A stretch of 64,000 bases of DNA from Candidatus Woesearchaeota archaeon (lineage in GTDB: Archaea > Nanobdellota > Nanobdellia > Woesearchaeales > UBA583), in contig OZ242164.1 of NCBI GenBank assembly GCA_965205335.1, positions 864,001 through 928,000 on the forward strand. Direction: 5' to 3'. Each line of letters starts with the position of its first letter. Position 1 is the stretch's first letter. Under the pieces are notes generated by a model, which was not told where the DNA came from, did no database searches, and worked only from the letters and a program-made list of their open reading frames with translations. The position numbers and the translations under genes were made by a program. Below, piece after piece: positions 29,167 through 39,152 of this stretch.

Positions 29167-30041
29167 TGTGTAGTATTATGACATATGTCACCACCTCAAC
29201 TTTCTCTGAAAGTTGTCAAACTCATAAGGAGGAGTTCGACCAAATAAGCTCTCATGAGGCCTAAAAGCATTGTATCTATATCTAAATAACTCTAAATCAT
29301 TGTTGCAATACCTAATTTCTCTGTCAATTGTTCCAAACAAACGTTCCACTTTTCCATTTGTTTGAGGACGGTTAACTCTAGTTCTAATGTGCTTAATCTT
29401 TCTTCTTTGGCACCATTTATCAAACTTAGACTTCTTACTTGTGAGTCCATATGGTGCTCCATTGTCACTGATTATTTGATTAGGATTTCCAAATTTCTTG
29501 ATTAAATTATCAAGAAATTGTGTTACAATTGGTGTTGTAACAGTTGGAACATGTAAAATACCTAAACAATAACAGGTGGCATCATCAATGACTGCAATTA
29601 TTTTACCTTTTTCACCAAATTCACTGTCATCAATATGCCAGAGTGAATTTGAGTGTTTACGTTCAAAACGAACGTATTTAACAAGAGACCCTCTATTTCC
29701 TTCTTTACGAGTTAAATTATTCTCTCTAAGAACTTTATTAATGGTTCTCTCTGAAATATCCAGATTAGGTAGGATTTTATGAAGCTTTAATAGATCTTGT
29801 TTGGTCTTGTAGACTTATCTTGATAATCCCATATTTCTTTATCAAAACGTTGTTGCCAACGTTTTAAAGTACGAATACTTACAAAGTATTTGCACTTCTC
29901 AGCAAGTATTTTCTTGCATTTTGAATAAGAGTTTTGTTTAACTCTTAGTTTTATGAAAACTTTCCTAATTTCGTATTTTTTCATAAAATTAACAAGAATT
30001 GTTAATTTTTAGACTGGTGACATATGTCATGATACTACACA
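29167..30041 (-). mobile_element. IS481-family insertion sequence with disrupted transposase
   Basis: 27-bp TIR TGTGTAGTATTATGACATATGTCACCA/TGGTGACATATGTCATGATACTACACA; HTH ORF 29984-29787, then in another frame an rve core (WHIDD, SDNG, PQTNGKVERLF, YNAFRPH). Confidence 0.85.
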
Positions 30042-30057
30042 TTATTATAATTAAAAT

Positions 30058-30378
30058 TTATTTACAATATTTTTTTTGAAATTTCTTTTCATCCATACAT
30101 AATAATATTATACCCTCAATAAAACCAACTATTGCAGGAATAATAGTCCAAAAAAATACTAAGTATAATATACCCATTCCTGTTTGTCCTAAATAAAATT
30201 TATGAACTCCAAGACCACCAAATAAAATTCCAAACCATCCTGCTTTTTTTCTACTTAATTCTTTTCCTTCATCTATATGTTGTTTCACACCACAATGAGG
30301 ACATATCTCTGCTTGTTTCTTAATTGCATCTCCACAAGATGAACAATATACTTCATCAAATTTCTTTTCTTTTACCAT
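30058..30378 (-). CDS. Zinc-ribbon plus TM2 domain protein
   Basis: CSSCG..CPHCG; LFGGLGVHKFYLGQTGMGILYLVFFWT. Confidence 0.9.
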   Translation of the reverse strand: MVKEKKFDEVYCSSCGDAIKKQAEICPHCGVKQHIDEGKELSRKKAGWFGILFGGLGVHKFYLGQTGMGILYLVFFWTIIPAIVGFIEGIILLCMDEKKFQKKYCK

Positions 30379-30446
30379 TTTTATTGTTTATTTTTCTATG
30401 TATATGTGGGAATTTCTTTATATTTTATAAGTTTTTCTATGTATAT

Positions 30447-30602
30447 ATGGTAAAAAAATATGTAGGAATATCACTTCCTCAAACTTTAGTAGATAAATTA
30501 GATTTATTTTTAAAACATAATAAAGAATATCAGAATCGTTCAGATTTTATTAAAGAAGCAGTCAGAATCAGAATACAACAAATAGAAAATAATAAAAAAT
30601 AA
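30447..30602 (+). CDS. Ribbon-helix-helix (CopG/NikR-like) transcriptional regulator
   Basis: VGISLPQTLVDKLD..YQNRSDFIKEAVR; ATG 30447; divergent from the TM2 gene. Confidence 0.8.
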   Translation: MVKKYVGISLPQTLVDKLDLFLKHNKEYQNRSDFIKEAVRIRIQQIENNKK

Positions 30603-30686
30603 CCTTAATTTAGGTGACGTTAACTTAACAACTCAAAAAATAATTACCTTTATAAACCTTTTCGGATTAACTAAAACTATATTAAA

Positions 30687-30968
30687 ATGGTATCAGGAAG
30701 ACTAAAATCGCACAGACTAAGAAGAGTTCAGGTTAAAACATCTAAGGGAACTAAAACTCATTACAGACAAAGAAACAGAAGCATTCCAAAATGTGCTATA
30801 ACCAAAAAACCGCTTAAAGGAATTCCCAGACTGACAAATCGCAAATTTAAAAATTTAAACAAATCGCAGAAAACCGTGTCAAGAGCATACGGAGGATATA
30901 TGAGTGCAGAAGCACTAAAACAAAAAATCCTAAACGAAATAGTTCTAAACTCAGAAAATAAAAACTAA
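30687..30968 (+). CDS. rpl34e: 50S ribosomal protein L34e
   Basis: RRVQVKT..HYRQR..PKCAI..LKGIPR..SQKTVSRAYGG. Confidence 0.92.
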   Translation: MVSGRLKSHRLRRVQVKTSKGTKTHYRQRNRSIPKCAITKKPLKGIPRLTNRKFKNLNKSQKTVSRAYGGYMSAEALKQKILNEIVLNSENKN

Positions 30969-30970
30969 AC

Positions 30971-31990
30971 TCAATACCTTAAAATTGCTCCAATTCCTCC
31001 CAGACCATCAATTATCTTTCCGCTCTCGTTTTTTGAATTCACTATAACCAAATCACCATTTAACTTCTCACAGGTATTCATCAAATCATTTAACTCATTA
31101 TATGCATTCTCATCTCTTTTTCTGCTAATCAAATCAGTTGTAACAATTAATACCTCACATGAACCCTGAGTTACTTTCTGGGAAGTATTCAAAAACCCAT
31201 AAACATACTTATCGCCCTTATTCACATTCTCAAGAAACTTAGAAACAATTTCATTTTCAAAACCTAAATTTGAATTTAGCACTAACCCCTTCTCATTAAT
31301 CTCCTTAATAACCCTTGAAACTGAACTTGCTGAAACATCCGGAAAGCTATAAACCAAAACACTCAAACCAATCTTATCTTTAACATACTTAGCCAACTTA
31401 TCTTTAAAATGCCCTGCGCCTGCCAAAACGAAATTAGAATAATCCCTTTTCAGATACTCCTCAATTATATTAAACTTCTCCTCTTCCTCATCTACCTCGC
31501 TATGATATCCTTTCTTAGAACCAAGTCCCCTCTTCTCAAACAAAACACTAAAATTAAAATCAGTAAACTCAGTTACTATTAAATCATCCTTATCAAGCAA
31601 AACCAAAAGATTCTTGGACTTTTTAGATTCCATTGAACGCTTAAGAATTTTCTCCTCAAACTTTAAAACTCTTATCTTTTCAACTTTAACCTTATCATTA
31701 ACATTAAAACTAAGCGAATGTGCCTGCCCAATTGCGGTAAACTCTGTTTCATTTTGAATCTCTCCCCAAACTCTTAAAGTATCGCTTTGAAAAGATGTTT
31801 TTAAAACTTTCAGAACCACAAAAATAACCTTTCTTACCTGCTTTGTGTTGTTATCTCCTATCTTAACTTTTCTCTCTGTTGTGGCAAAAACCTTATCCTC
31901 AGGAGCAATAAACTGAGATAAAACCCATAAATCTTCAAGACTCTCAATTAACAATTCAAAATTAAGACTTTTCCGATTAATCAACTTCAT
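30971..31990 (-). CDS. pelA: Pelota/Dom34 ribosome rescue factor
   Basis: ESLEDLWVL, TERKV, LRVWG, AGAGHFK, GLGGIGAILRY. Confidence 0.93.
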   Translation of the reverse strand: MKLINRKSLNFELLIESLEDLWVLSQFIAPEDKVFATTERKVKIGDNNTKQVRKVIFVVLKVLKTSFQSDTLRVWGEIQNETEFTAIGQAHSLSFNVNDKVKVEKIRVLKFEEKILKRSMESKKSKNLLVLLDKDDLIVTEFTDFNFSVLFEKRGLGSKKGYHSEVDEEEEKFNIIEEYLKRDYSNFVLAGAGHFKDKLAKYVKDKIGLSVLVYSFPDVSASSVSRVIKEINEKGLVLNSNLGFENEIVSKFLENVNKGDKYVYGFLNTSQKVTQGSCEVLIVTTDLISRKRDENAYNELNDLMNTCEKLNGDLVIVNSKNESGKIIDGLGGIGAILRY

Positions 31991-32033
31991 AAAATATCCT
32001 CACAATAATTATTTAAAAACTTATACATAATAA

Positions 32034-32160
32034 GGCTCTGTCCAAAAATTGTTTTCTCCAAAATCCATACTAATTATATTCAATCAAAGAAAAAAACTAT
32101 TTGTCAAAAATTACTTTATTGATACAATATTTAAGTTATCTTAAATTTATGGACAGAGCC
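32034..32160. mobile_element. MITE copy (same family as 27761..27888), degenerate TIRs
   Basis: GGCTCTGTCCAAAAATT...AATTTATGGACAGAGCC; interior matches the 27761 copy; no TSD seen. Confidence 0.85.
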
Positions 32161-32199
32161 TATTTTCTGAGTTGTTAAGTTAAAGGAGGATAATTTATT

Positions 32200-32620
32200 A
32201 AAATTATAATTTTATTTCAAATTCACTATTTTCAAGGAGAAAAAAACTAAGAATGTCGCTAAGAATGTCGCTAAAAGTAATAAAGAGAAAAGATTGGATT
32301 CTATATTAGAGAAAATTAAAAATGAAGAGAAGGTAACGATTAGAGAATTAATTCATACGAGAAGTTTAGATATCGATTTTTAAGTTGATAGAAATTATTT
32401 TAAAGTTATTCTCTGGAGAGATATCGTAACTGATAAGAAAGAAAAAAATGGAACTACCCAGAAAACTACCCAGAAAATCACTCACAAAACTACTAAGAAA
32501 ATAGTTACTTTGATTATGAAAAATCCTAAAGTTAGCAAGAGAGAATTATCCCAGTTAGACGGGATTAGTGAAGACGGGGTTAAATTCCAACTAGATAAAC
32601 TGAAAAGAGAAGATATTAAA
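32200..32620 (+). pseudogene. Stacked fragments of AlbA/RecG-like regulator C-termini (tetrapeptide-repeat linker plus wHTH)
   Basis: KNVAKNVAK and TTQKTTQK linkers; NPKVSKRELSQLDGISEDGVKFQLDKLK wHTH; no intact N-terminus. Confidence 0.5.
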
Positions 32621-32766
32621 CCAGGAAAAACAAATAATTGGAACTTTAAAAGAATTGAAATAGTATTATCTGATTTGTTACAGAACCCTTTACACCTAAA
32701 CCTTTATAATTGCTTCTCTTAACGCTTCTTCTGGCAATTCAAGTTGTTCCTTTCTTTCTCTTCCTA

Positions 32767-32934
32767 TTATATAAATCCAGTATTGTAAATCTGAACTCCA
32801 TTTAAAGTTTCATTTTGGTAATCTTTTAATATATGTTTAATATTGTTTGTAATATGTTCAGGGATTTTAATGACATCTAATAAACCCAATAGATTAGATG
32901 ATGACATTAAATTAAGTAAAGTCTCATTAATCAT
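32767..32934 (-). pseudogene. Possible N-terminal remnant of a type III restriction (Res) subunit
   Basis: IPEHITNNIKHILKDYQNE resembles Res N-termini; truncated after 55 codons; followed by another remnant (ELPEEALREAII). Confidence 0.3.
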
Positions 32935-33493
32935 TTTTTAATTAAGTTAAAGTGCCTAAATATAAATTTAGGTGTTTTCATAACTTTAATAATTTCTTCT
33001 TTGCAAATAATAGGAATTTTTATATATAATTTATAATCTGCTTTTCTATTTTCTTCAGTTATAATGTGTGGATCAAAACCTTCTTTTGTTAGATATTTAG
33101 AGTATAAATTAGATATAAATCGGCAGAACTTTCTTTAAAATCTCTTATTTCTTTTTCAATTAATTGCTCTTTCGTTAAATTCTCATTTTCTTTGTTTTTT
33201 AGAAATTTCTCATTATCTTTTATATAATGTTTTTCTGCAAGTGTATCAAAATCATTTTGTAAAAATTCTGTATCTATTATTTTGTTTTTGTTTTCTTTAT
33301 ATAGACCCAATTCCATTTTTAAACCTTTATTGTATATTTCATCAAAAACTTTATCTAAAATTATAATTTTTTCTTCTTCTATTTGTTTTCTATGAAAATT
33401 AATTAAAAGTTTGAAATTTTCTCCATAATCATTATAGTAGAAATTTAAACTTATAAAAAAATTAGTATCAGGAATAAAGACTTCTTTATTCAT
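32931..33493 (-). pseudogene. PIN-like DUF4411 family protein, frameshifted
   Basis: FIPDTNFFI..ADLYLI, then in a shifted frame SKYLTKEGFDPHIITEEN..KIPIICKEE to a stop at 32931. Confidence 0.75.
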
Positions 33494-34742
33494 TCCCTAT
33501 GCCTCCATTCCTTAAATAATAAACATCATCAATTCTATCTTCAATATAATTTATTTCAAGCAATTTCTGATGGAGAAGAGATTTATATTCTGTTCTTTGT
33601 GGTACGAAAAATTTCTTGTTTGGATTTTCCTTCTCATATTTCTCTTTCTTTTTCTGTAATTCTTCTCTTTCTCTTTTCAATCCTGCTTCATAATTCTCTT
33701 TTATTTAATTTAATTTATTTCTATAATGTATTTCATCTATTTTGTTTAAATTCCTTAATCCTGTATAGAGGGAAGAATAACTTAAAAATGTCTTATTGTA
33801 AAAAATTTCAATATTCTCTTTTTGTAGATTATTTTCTTTTTTAGCAAACTCCAAATTCTCAAATGAAGTTTTATATTCATATAATTCAAAATAAAAAGCA
33901 AAGTTATAACACCAATTCTCAATTTTATTATTTGTAATTTTAAATTTCTCTTCAATCCCTTCTACTTCTTCCTCATCAATTAAATAATGTGCAAATTCAT
34001 GGAGTAAAGTAAATGTTTCTTTTCTAACTGATTTTTGCTGTTTCAAAACTATTAAGTATGGACTTATAAAAAAGCCATCAAATTTTAATTTTTCTTTGTT
34101 CCATCTTTCTTGCCAATATTCTTTATGTTCAAAAATAAAGATATTATTATTTTCTATTATTTTAAAGAGTGTTTTTAGATATTTGCTTTTCCCCCCCTCT
34201 GAATTCTTGTTCTCATCTTGAAAGAATTTTGTGTTTAAGTTCTCTTTTTCATAAATCTTAAAGAACTCTCTAATCTCTTTTACAACATCCAAGACATCAT
34301 CAGTTTTATAGTTATATTTTCTAAAAACTCTTTTAACATCATAATTTATATTCTGTGCTAAAATCTCACATTCTAATCTTTTATCCTCAAATTTAGATAC
34401 AACTTTTATATCTTCAAAGTTTAAATCATCCACAACTTTTTTTCTAAAGAAGATACTCTTTGATTTTGTTTTCTCTATATTTTCCATAGATGTGTAAAAG
34501 GAAATTCCTTTGTCAAAGATTTTATCAATTTTCTTTAAAAGAGATAATTTTATTTTATCTTTTTTTAAATCTTGGATTTTCACTTTATTTTTAGTTCCTT
34601 CATTAATTTTATCCAAGACAAAATCAATATCTACATTAAAATAATATAAAAGGTATTGTAATCTGTTAAAATTAAAATTTACTTCAAATTTGTTGCTAAA
34701 ACTTCTATCTTTTAAAGGATTTAGAATATTTTTAGACTTCAT
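33486..34742 (-). pseudogene. ImmA/IrrE-family metallopeptidase with a premature in-frame stop
   Basis: FTLLHEFAHYL (HExxH) and IENWC; TAA at 33705-33707, after which the same frame continues (IKENYEAGLKRERE..) to 33486. Confidence 0.8.
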
Positions 34743-34935
34743 ATCTTATTTAATAATCTTTCTCTTACTTTAAATGTCTTTCTATTAACAGGTTCTGGTC
34801 AATTTGGGTAGGTAGTTAAAATTCTGTTTATTTTTAGGATATTTACTAAATAAAATTAGGTTATGGTTATTTTTGGTCACCTGATAATAATTATTAATTT
34901 TATTTCAACAACATTTCTATCTTATTATATTCATT

Positions 34936-35275
34936 TTATCTCACCTCAAAACAAATACCCTTTAAATTCTTATTAATCTCTTCCTCCAATTTATCACTTT
35001 TCTTATTGTAAATCATTTTAAAATTTCCCAATGTCCTGCACTTGTTTTTCCAACCCTTCTTATTGCATTCTTAGATTTCAACTTCTCAATGTATTCTTTA
35101 ACAGTATCAGAACTAATACCTAACTTAATTGCCAACTCATTTCTTGAAATTTTAGAATTTGCTTGTACTTCCAACAACATCTTTTTTTCTAATTCAGTAA
35201 GTTCAACTTGGGGGGTATCTTGGGGAGTATCTTAGAGGGTATCTTGGTGGGTAGAAAATCTTCTTAAAATAATTA
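34936..35275 (-). pseudogene. Remnants: wHTH C-terminus of an AlbA/RecG-like regulator plus an HsdM-like C-terminal tail
   Basis: DTPQ repeats then ISRNELAIKLGISSDTVKEYIEKLK..RRVGKTSAGHWEILK*; KSDKLEEEINKNLKGICFEVR*. Confidence 0.5.
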
Positions 35276-35393
35276 TGCATAATAACAAAAAAAAACACCT
35301 AAAACGATATGATTCGTTGTAGTTTGTTTACAATTGCATACAATTTGGAAAAGTTTCAAAATTAAACATTATTTTTTCGAGTTGTTAATTCTT

Positions 35394-35509
35394 AAATTGT
35401 TTTCTCCAAAATCTATGCTAAATATATTCAATCAAAGAAAAAAACTATTTTTCAAAAATTGCTTTATTGATACAATATTTTAAGTTCTCTTGAATTTCTG
35501 GACAAAGCC
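35394..35509. mobile_element. Truncated MITE copy (left TIR mostly missing)
   Basis: Interior nearly identical to the 27761 MITE; right end AATTTCTGGACAAAGCC. Confidence 0.8.
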
Positions 35510-35555
35510 CATAGCATAAATCCATATAGACATTAATTGCAATCTAACAACAAAA

Positions 35556-36254
35556 TCAAACATATCTCTCAAAATAAATATCTTCTTCTGATGCTCCTTT
35601 CTCTAACAATTTATTCTTAACCTCTTCTACCATCAAAGACAAACCGCAAACATAAAACTCAGAATTCAATACATCTACTCCATCTAAATTATCCTGAGTA
35701 TACCCTATTCTTCCTTCCCATTTCTCAGTTGGCTTTGATATAACTGGAGTAAACTTAAAATTTGGATTATTCTCTTCAATTTCCCTAAACTCCTTCTCAA
35801 ACAAAATTTCATCTTTATATCTAATCCCAAGTATCAAATGCATTTGCTTATCCGTTCCATTTTCAATAAGATTTAATATCATTGACCGAAGAGGACTAAT
35901 TCCTGTTCCAGTTGCAATAAAAACTATCTTCTCCTTTTGGGATTCATCATCCAATGCAAAAAGTCCCAAAGGACCTTTAACCTTAACCTTATCTCCTATT
36001 TTCTTTCTAAAAAGATATGGTGTTGTTCTTCCATTCTCAACAAGATTTACACACAACTCTATTTGTCTTTTCAACTTATTTGATGATGCTATTGAATAAG
36101 GCTTTAAGAATCTCTTCCCCTCCGATTCAAAAATCAAATTTACAAATTGCCCGGGCTTAAAACTAATCTCCTTATCCAAATCTATCGTGAATAACTTTGT
36201 ACTTTTCCCCTCATTCTCTATCTTTGAAAACACACCATTAAAACCAGATACCAT
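35556..36254 (-). CDS. FAD/NAD(P)-binding oxidoreductase (ferredoxin-NADP reductase family)
   Basis: FKPGQFV, KPYSIAS, GRTTPYL, GPLG, ATGTGISP, YVCG, FERY. Confidence 0.9.
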   Translation of the reverse strand: MVSGFNGVFSKIENEGKSTKLFTIDLDKEISFKPGQFVNLIFESEGKRFLKPYSIASSNKLKRQIELCVNLVENGRTTPYLFRKKIGDKVKVKGPLGLFALDDESQKEKIVFIATGTGISPLRSMILNLIENGTDKQMHLILGIRYKDEILFEKEFREIEENNPNFKFTPVISKPTEKWEGRIGYTQDNLDGVDVLNSEFYVCGLSLMVEEVKNKLLEKGASEEDIYFERYV

Positions 36255-36303
36255 TATACGAAAAACAACAGGCGCACCATTTAAATCATTTGTGTTTTAG
36301 AAC

Positions 36304-36573
36304 TTAACACAAATCTAAATGATGTTTATACATAACTGCCACATCCTTATCTAGTTTTTTCAGATTAATTATTATCTGCTCTCTAATATCTTTAGAATCT
36401 ATATGCGAATGACTCTTAGTCCACTTTGTAACTCTCTTTGAAACCACATCTGCAAGTTTCTCAGATTTCTCTTCACTATAATGAGAATTCAATGCAGCAG
36501 CATAAACACTTGCATAAACCTTCTTCTCATCATACTCTTCAATATTTGACTTTCTTTTAATAGTTAGTACCAT
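36304..36573 (-). CDS. Stand-alone ATP-cone domain protein
   Basis: IKRKSNIEEYDEKKV..IDSKDIREQI. Confidence 0.8.
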   Translation of the reverse strand: MVLTIKRKSNIEEYDEKKVYASVYAAALNSHYSEEKSEKLADVVSKRVTKWTKSHSHIDSKDIREQIIINLKKLDKDVAVMYKHHLDLC

Positions 36574-36574
36574 T

Positions 36575-37282
36575 TTAATTTAAATTAATTGTCCCGTTTG
36601 CAATAAGCATTAACAACCACCCAAGCCCGATTAACAATAAACCTGCGGCAAGTCTCATATATGACTTATTTGACTGCTTCCAGTTTTGAATAGACGAAAG
36701 TTTCATCCCAATCACTGTAAGTATTAAAATTACAATAAGTGGAAGCACAAATATAATATTATATATTACAAGTAATATAAGAGCCGCTAAATTGAAATTC
36801 TGTGCCAAAATTAATGTAATTGCAAGATAAGGTCCTCCTGTGCAGGGAAGTTCAACAGATGCAACAAATATCCCTAAAAAGATTACTGTTCCGACAGACA
36901 CATTCTGCATTTTTTTCTGGATTTTTTTGGCATATTCTTTTGGGATACTTAATGATATACTTTTACCATACCAGAAATAATCCTTTATCTCAAGCAGTCC
37001 CGCCATTACAACAAGAGTTCCAACCACAATTGATATATATTCTGCAACATATAACGGAATATTTGCCATAAAGGCTATAAGTCCCAAGCCAAACAAAAAA
37101 TAAGTAGTAAAAACTGCAAAGACATACAAAAGTCCTATTTTGATCATCTTGCTTTTCTTCTTTGACACAAGAATGGTTGACAAAAGCAAAATCATAACCC
37201 CAATAGCACAAGGATTAATACTATCAATTAAAGCAGTTAGAACAATAGTTGTAAGTTGTGGTAATTCCAATTCAACTACCAT
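36575..37282 (-). CDS. CcdA/DsbD-like (GAP family) transmembrane electron transporter
   Basis: DSINPCAIGV and VELPCTGGPYL Cys motifs; about 6 TMs. Confidence 0.85.
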   Translation of the reverse strand: MVVELELPQLTTIVLTALIDSINPCAIGVMILLLSTILVSKKKSKMIKIGLLYVFAVFTTYFLFGLGLIAFMANIPLYVAEYISIVVGTLVVMAGLLEIKDYFWYGKSISLSIPKEYAKKIQKKMQNVSVGTVIFLGIFVASVELPCTGGPYLAITLILAQNFNLAALILLVIYNIIFVLPLIVILILTVIGMKLSSIQNWKQSNKSYMRLAAGLLLIGLGWLLMLIANGTINLN

Positions 37283-38046
37283 TATTCCACCACCTCATAT
37301 CCTTTCTGTTCATCATAAACCCAATCATCACTTCCCCATGGATCATATTCTTTTCTCAATTCCTTATAATTCTCATATGTCCATCCCTGAGCTGCCCATG
37401 AATTACAGATTCTGTCAGTTTTATTTGGCAAATCTACTCCAAACTCTACAATTACACAATCTCCTGATGGAACTAAAGGGTGAGGATAATACATATAATT
37501 TTGAACATCCTTGATTCTCATTCCATTTACATATACTGCTAATTCTCCAGATAAATTACCGCACAAATCCCCATTACTTACCTTAATTGTTCCCTTATCC
37601 TCTGTTGGAAATACTAATTTAGAATTTGTCAATTCTCCTCCTATCACCTTAAAAAATGAATCAAAATCTATCTCTGAAATATCATCAACAGTTCCTTCCA
37701 CATGAACCCTATTATCATTATGTTCATGAAATAAAGGAGTTCCAACTTTATTCTTTAGTCCTTTCGGGTTTATCAAGTCTAACTCTTCACCGCACACCCA
37801 AACCCTAAAATCTGCATGCCAATGGACAGGACCCTTTGTCTCAGAATTAATATTTTTATATACAGTATGTCCTCCCAAATACAGAGTTGATAACAATACT
37901 GGAATTATAAACAATAAGAATAACACTTTTTTACAATTCTTGCTTTTACACTTACTTGGCGGAAAAACAATCACAAAAAATGATAATATAAAGATCCATA
38001 ATGCAGTCAGAATAATATATAATGTAGGGTCTGAATAATTTACCAT
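37282..38046 (-). CDS. Membrane-anchored His-motif protein (putative metal-binding)
   Basis: 2 TMs, then VHWHADF, FHEHNDNRVHVEG and Cys residues. Confidence 0.65.
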   Translation of the reverse strand: MVNYSDPTLYIILTALWIFILSFFVIVFPPSKCKSKNCKKVLFLLFIIPVLLSTLYLGGHTVYKNINSETKGPVHWHADFRVWVCGEELDLINPKGLKNKVGTPLFHEHNDNRVHVEGTVDDISEIDFDSFFKVIGGELTNSKLVFPTEDKGTIKVSNGDLCGNLSGELAVYVNGMRIKDVQNYMYYPHPLVPSGDCVIVEFGVDLPNKTDRICNSWAAQGWTYENYKELRKEYDPWGSDDWVYDEQKGYEVVE

Positions 38047-38330
38047 TTATCTATTCCTTTTGATATTACCATTAAAGTCAGTTCATAAATCCCTTTAAGT
38101 ATTGCAATCCAGAAAACAATGATAAGAAATGCTGTAAGATACATCTCTTTTTCTAAGTATTTAAAAGGAAGTATATCTGAAACTGTCTGTGATTTTTCCT
38201 CTGATTCCTCTTCATGGACATCATCCACTCCTTCATAGGCTAAGACTATTGGCATAACAAAAAGAATTACAAGAACCCAAACTACTCTCTTGAATCTAAC
38301 AAAAGGGGCAACCTTCTTCTTCCTCTTCAT
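38040..38330 (-). CDS. Small two-TM hypothetical protein
   Basis: Two hydrophobic segments; overlaps the downstream gene start. Confidence 0.55.
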   Translation of the reverse strand: MKRKKKVAPFVRFKRVVWVLVILFVMPIVLAYEGVDDVHEEESEEKSQTVSDILPFKYLEKEMYLTAFLIIVFWIAILKGIYELTLMVISKGIDKW

Positions 38331-38456
38331 GCTTCTTTTCTTTCTCTGGTTTTTCTTTATCTACCATATAAATTATCACTTAACTGTATTATTTATAAAG
38401 ATTTATTGTATTAGTTAAGGGAATACACAACAAATATTAAGTTTCAAAATAAAGAA

Positions 38457-39152
38457 TTATATATTTTTCATAAGATTCTTCAAATCTTTTATAAAATTAT
38501 CAAACATCTTCACATTATGACTCTCTTCAACATTAGTTTCACTCAAAACATATCCACAATCGGTATCCACTTCAACTATTGCCCTTCCCTTTTTAGAAGG
38601 TTTTTTAATCCTTAACGTCTCATCCTCATCAGGAGTTACAAAATAAACCTTAATATGTTTTGTTGCATCATCCAAAGAAAGTTTAAACTTCCAATAACCA
38701 GTCAGGGCTACCCTCTCTCTTAATGTAACTTTACTTGAAAGAACCACAATAACCTTACTTGTTTTTGGCTCATAAATAATTATATCTACATCTGGAAGAT
38801 GTGAACCAAATTCCCCATAATCAATAAGCAAATTTCTTTTTACTTGACTCAATTCCTTTGATAAATTTTCAGATTTTGTTCTTTCAAGAGAATTACCATC
38901 TACAATACTTAATCCCAAAGTCCTTACTTCATCAGAAATAATATGAATAATCAGTTTTTCAAGATTTTTGCCCTTGAAGGCTCTCCAAAATTGCTCATGA
39001 TCTCCACTTGCCGTTGGGTTCATTTCCCAATATTTTTTATGTAAAATCTTTGCCTCTCTAAGGAGTTTAGAAATATGTCTGTATGCATTAACTCCATATC
39101 TTCTCTGATTTTCTTCATAAAGTTCTTTTAAATCCTCAAACTTCATTACCAT
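38457..39152 (-). CDS. Type II restriction endonuclease, BsaWI-like (CCGG family)
   Basis: RAFKGKNLE, LPDVDIIIY, SSKVTLRERV (PD..K...RER signature). Confidence 0.8.
   Translation of the reverse strand: MVMKFEDLKELYEENQRRYGVNAYRHISKLLREAKILHKKYWEMNPTASGDHEQFWRAFKGKNLEKLIIHIISDEVRTLGLSIVDGNSLERTKSENLSKELSQVKRNLLIDYGEFGSHLPDVDIIIYEPKTSKVIVVLSSKVTLRERVALTGYWKFKLSLDDATKHIKVYFVTPDEDETLRIKKPSKKGRAIVEVDTDCGYVLSETNVEESHNVKMFDNFIKDLKNLMKNI

Noticed and set aside
29576-29782. 68-aa plus-strand ORF
   Set aside because: Antisense to the IS481 transposase core.
32248-32490. 12-bp tandem repeats as a possible CRISPR array
   Set aside because: No spacers, too short, and they encode tetrapeptide linkers; no cas genes in the window.
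33705-33707. In-frame stop as evidence for an alternative genetic code
   Set aside because: TAA, TAG and TGA all terminate conserved genes normally; this is an isolated lesion.
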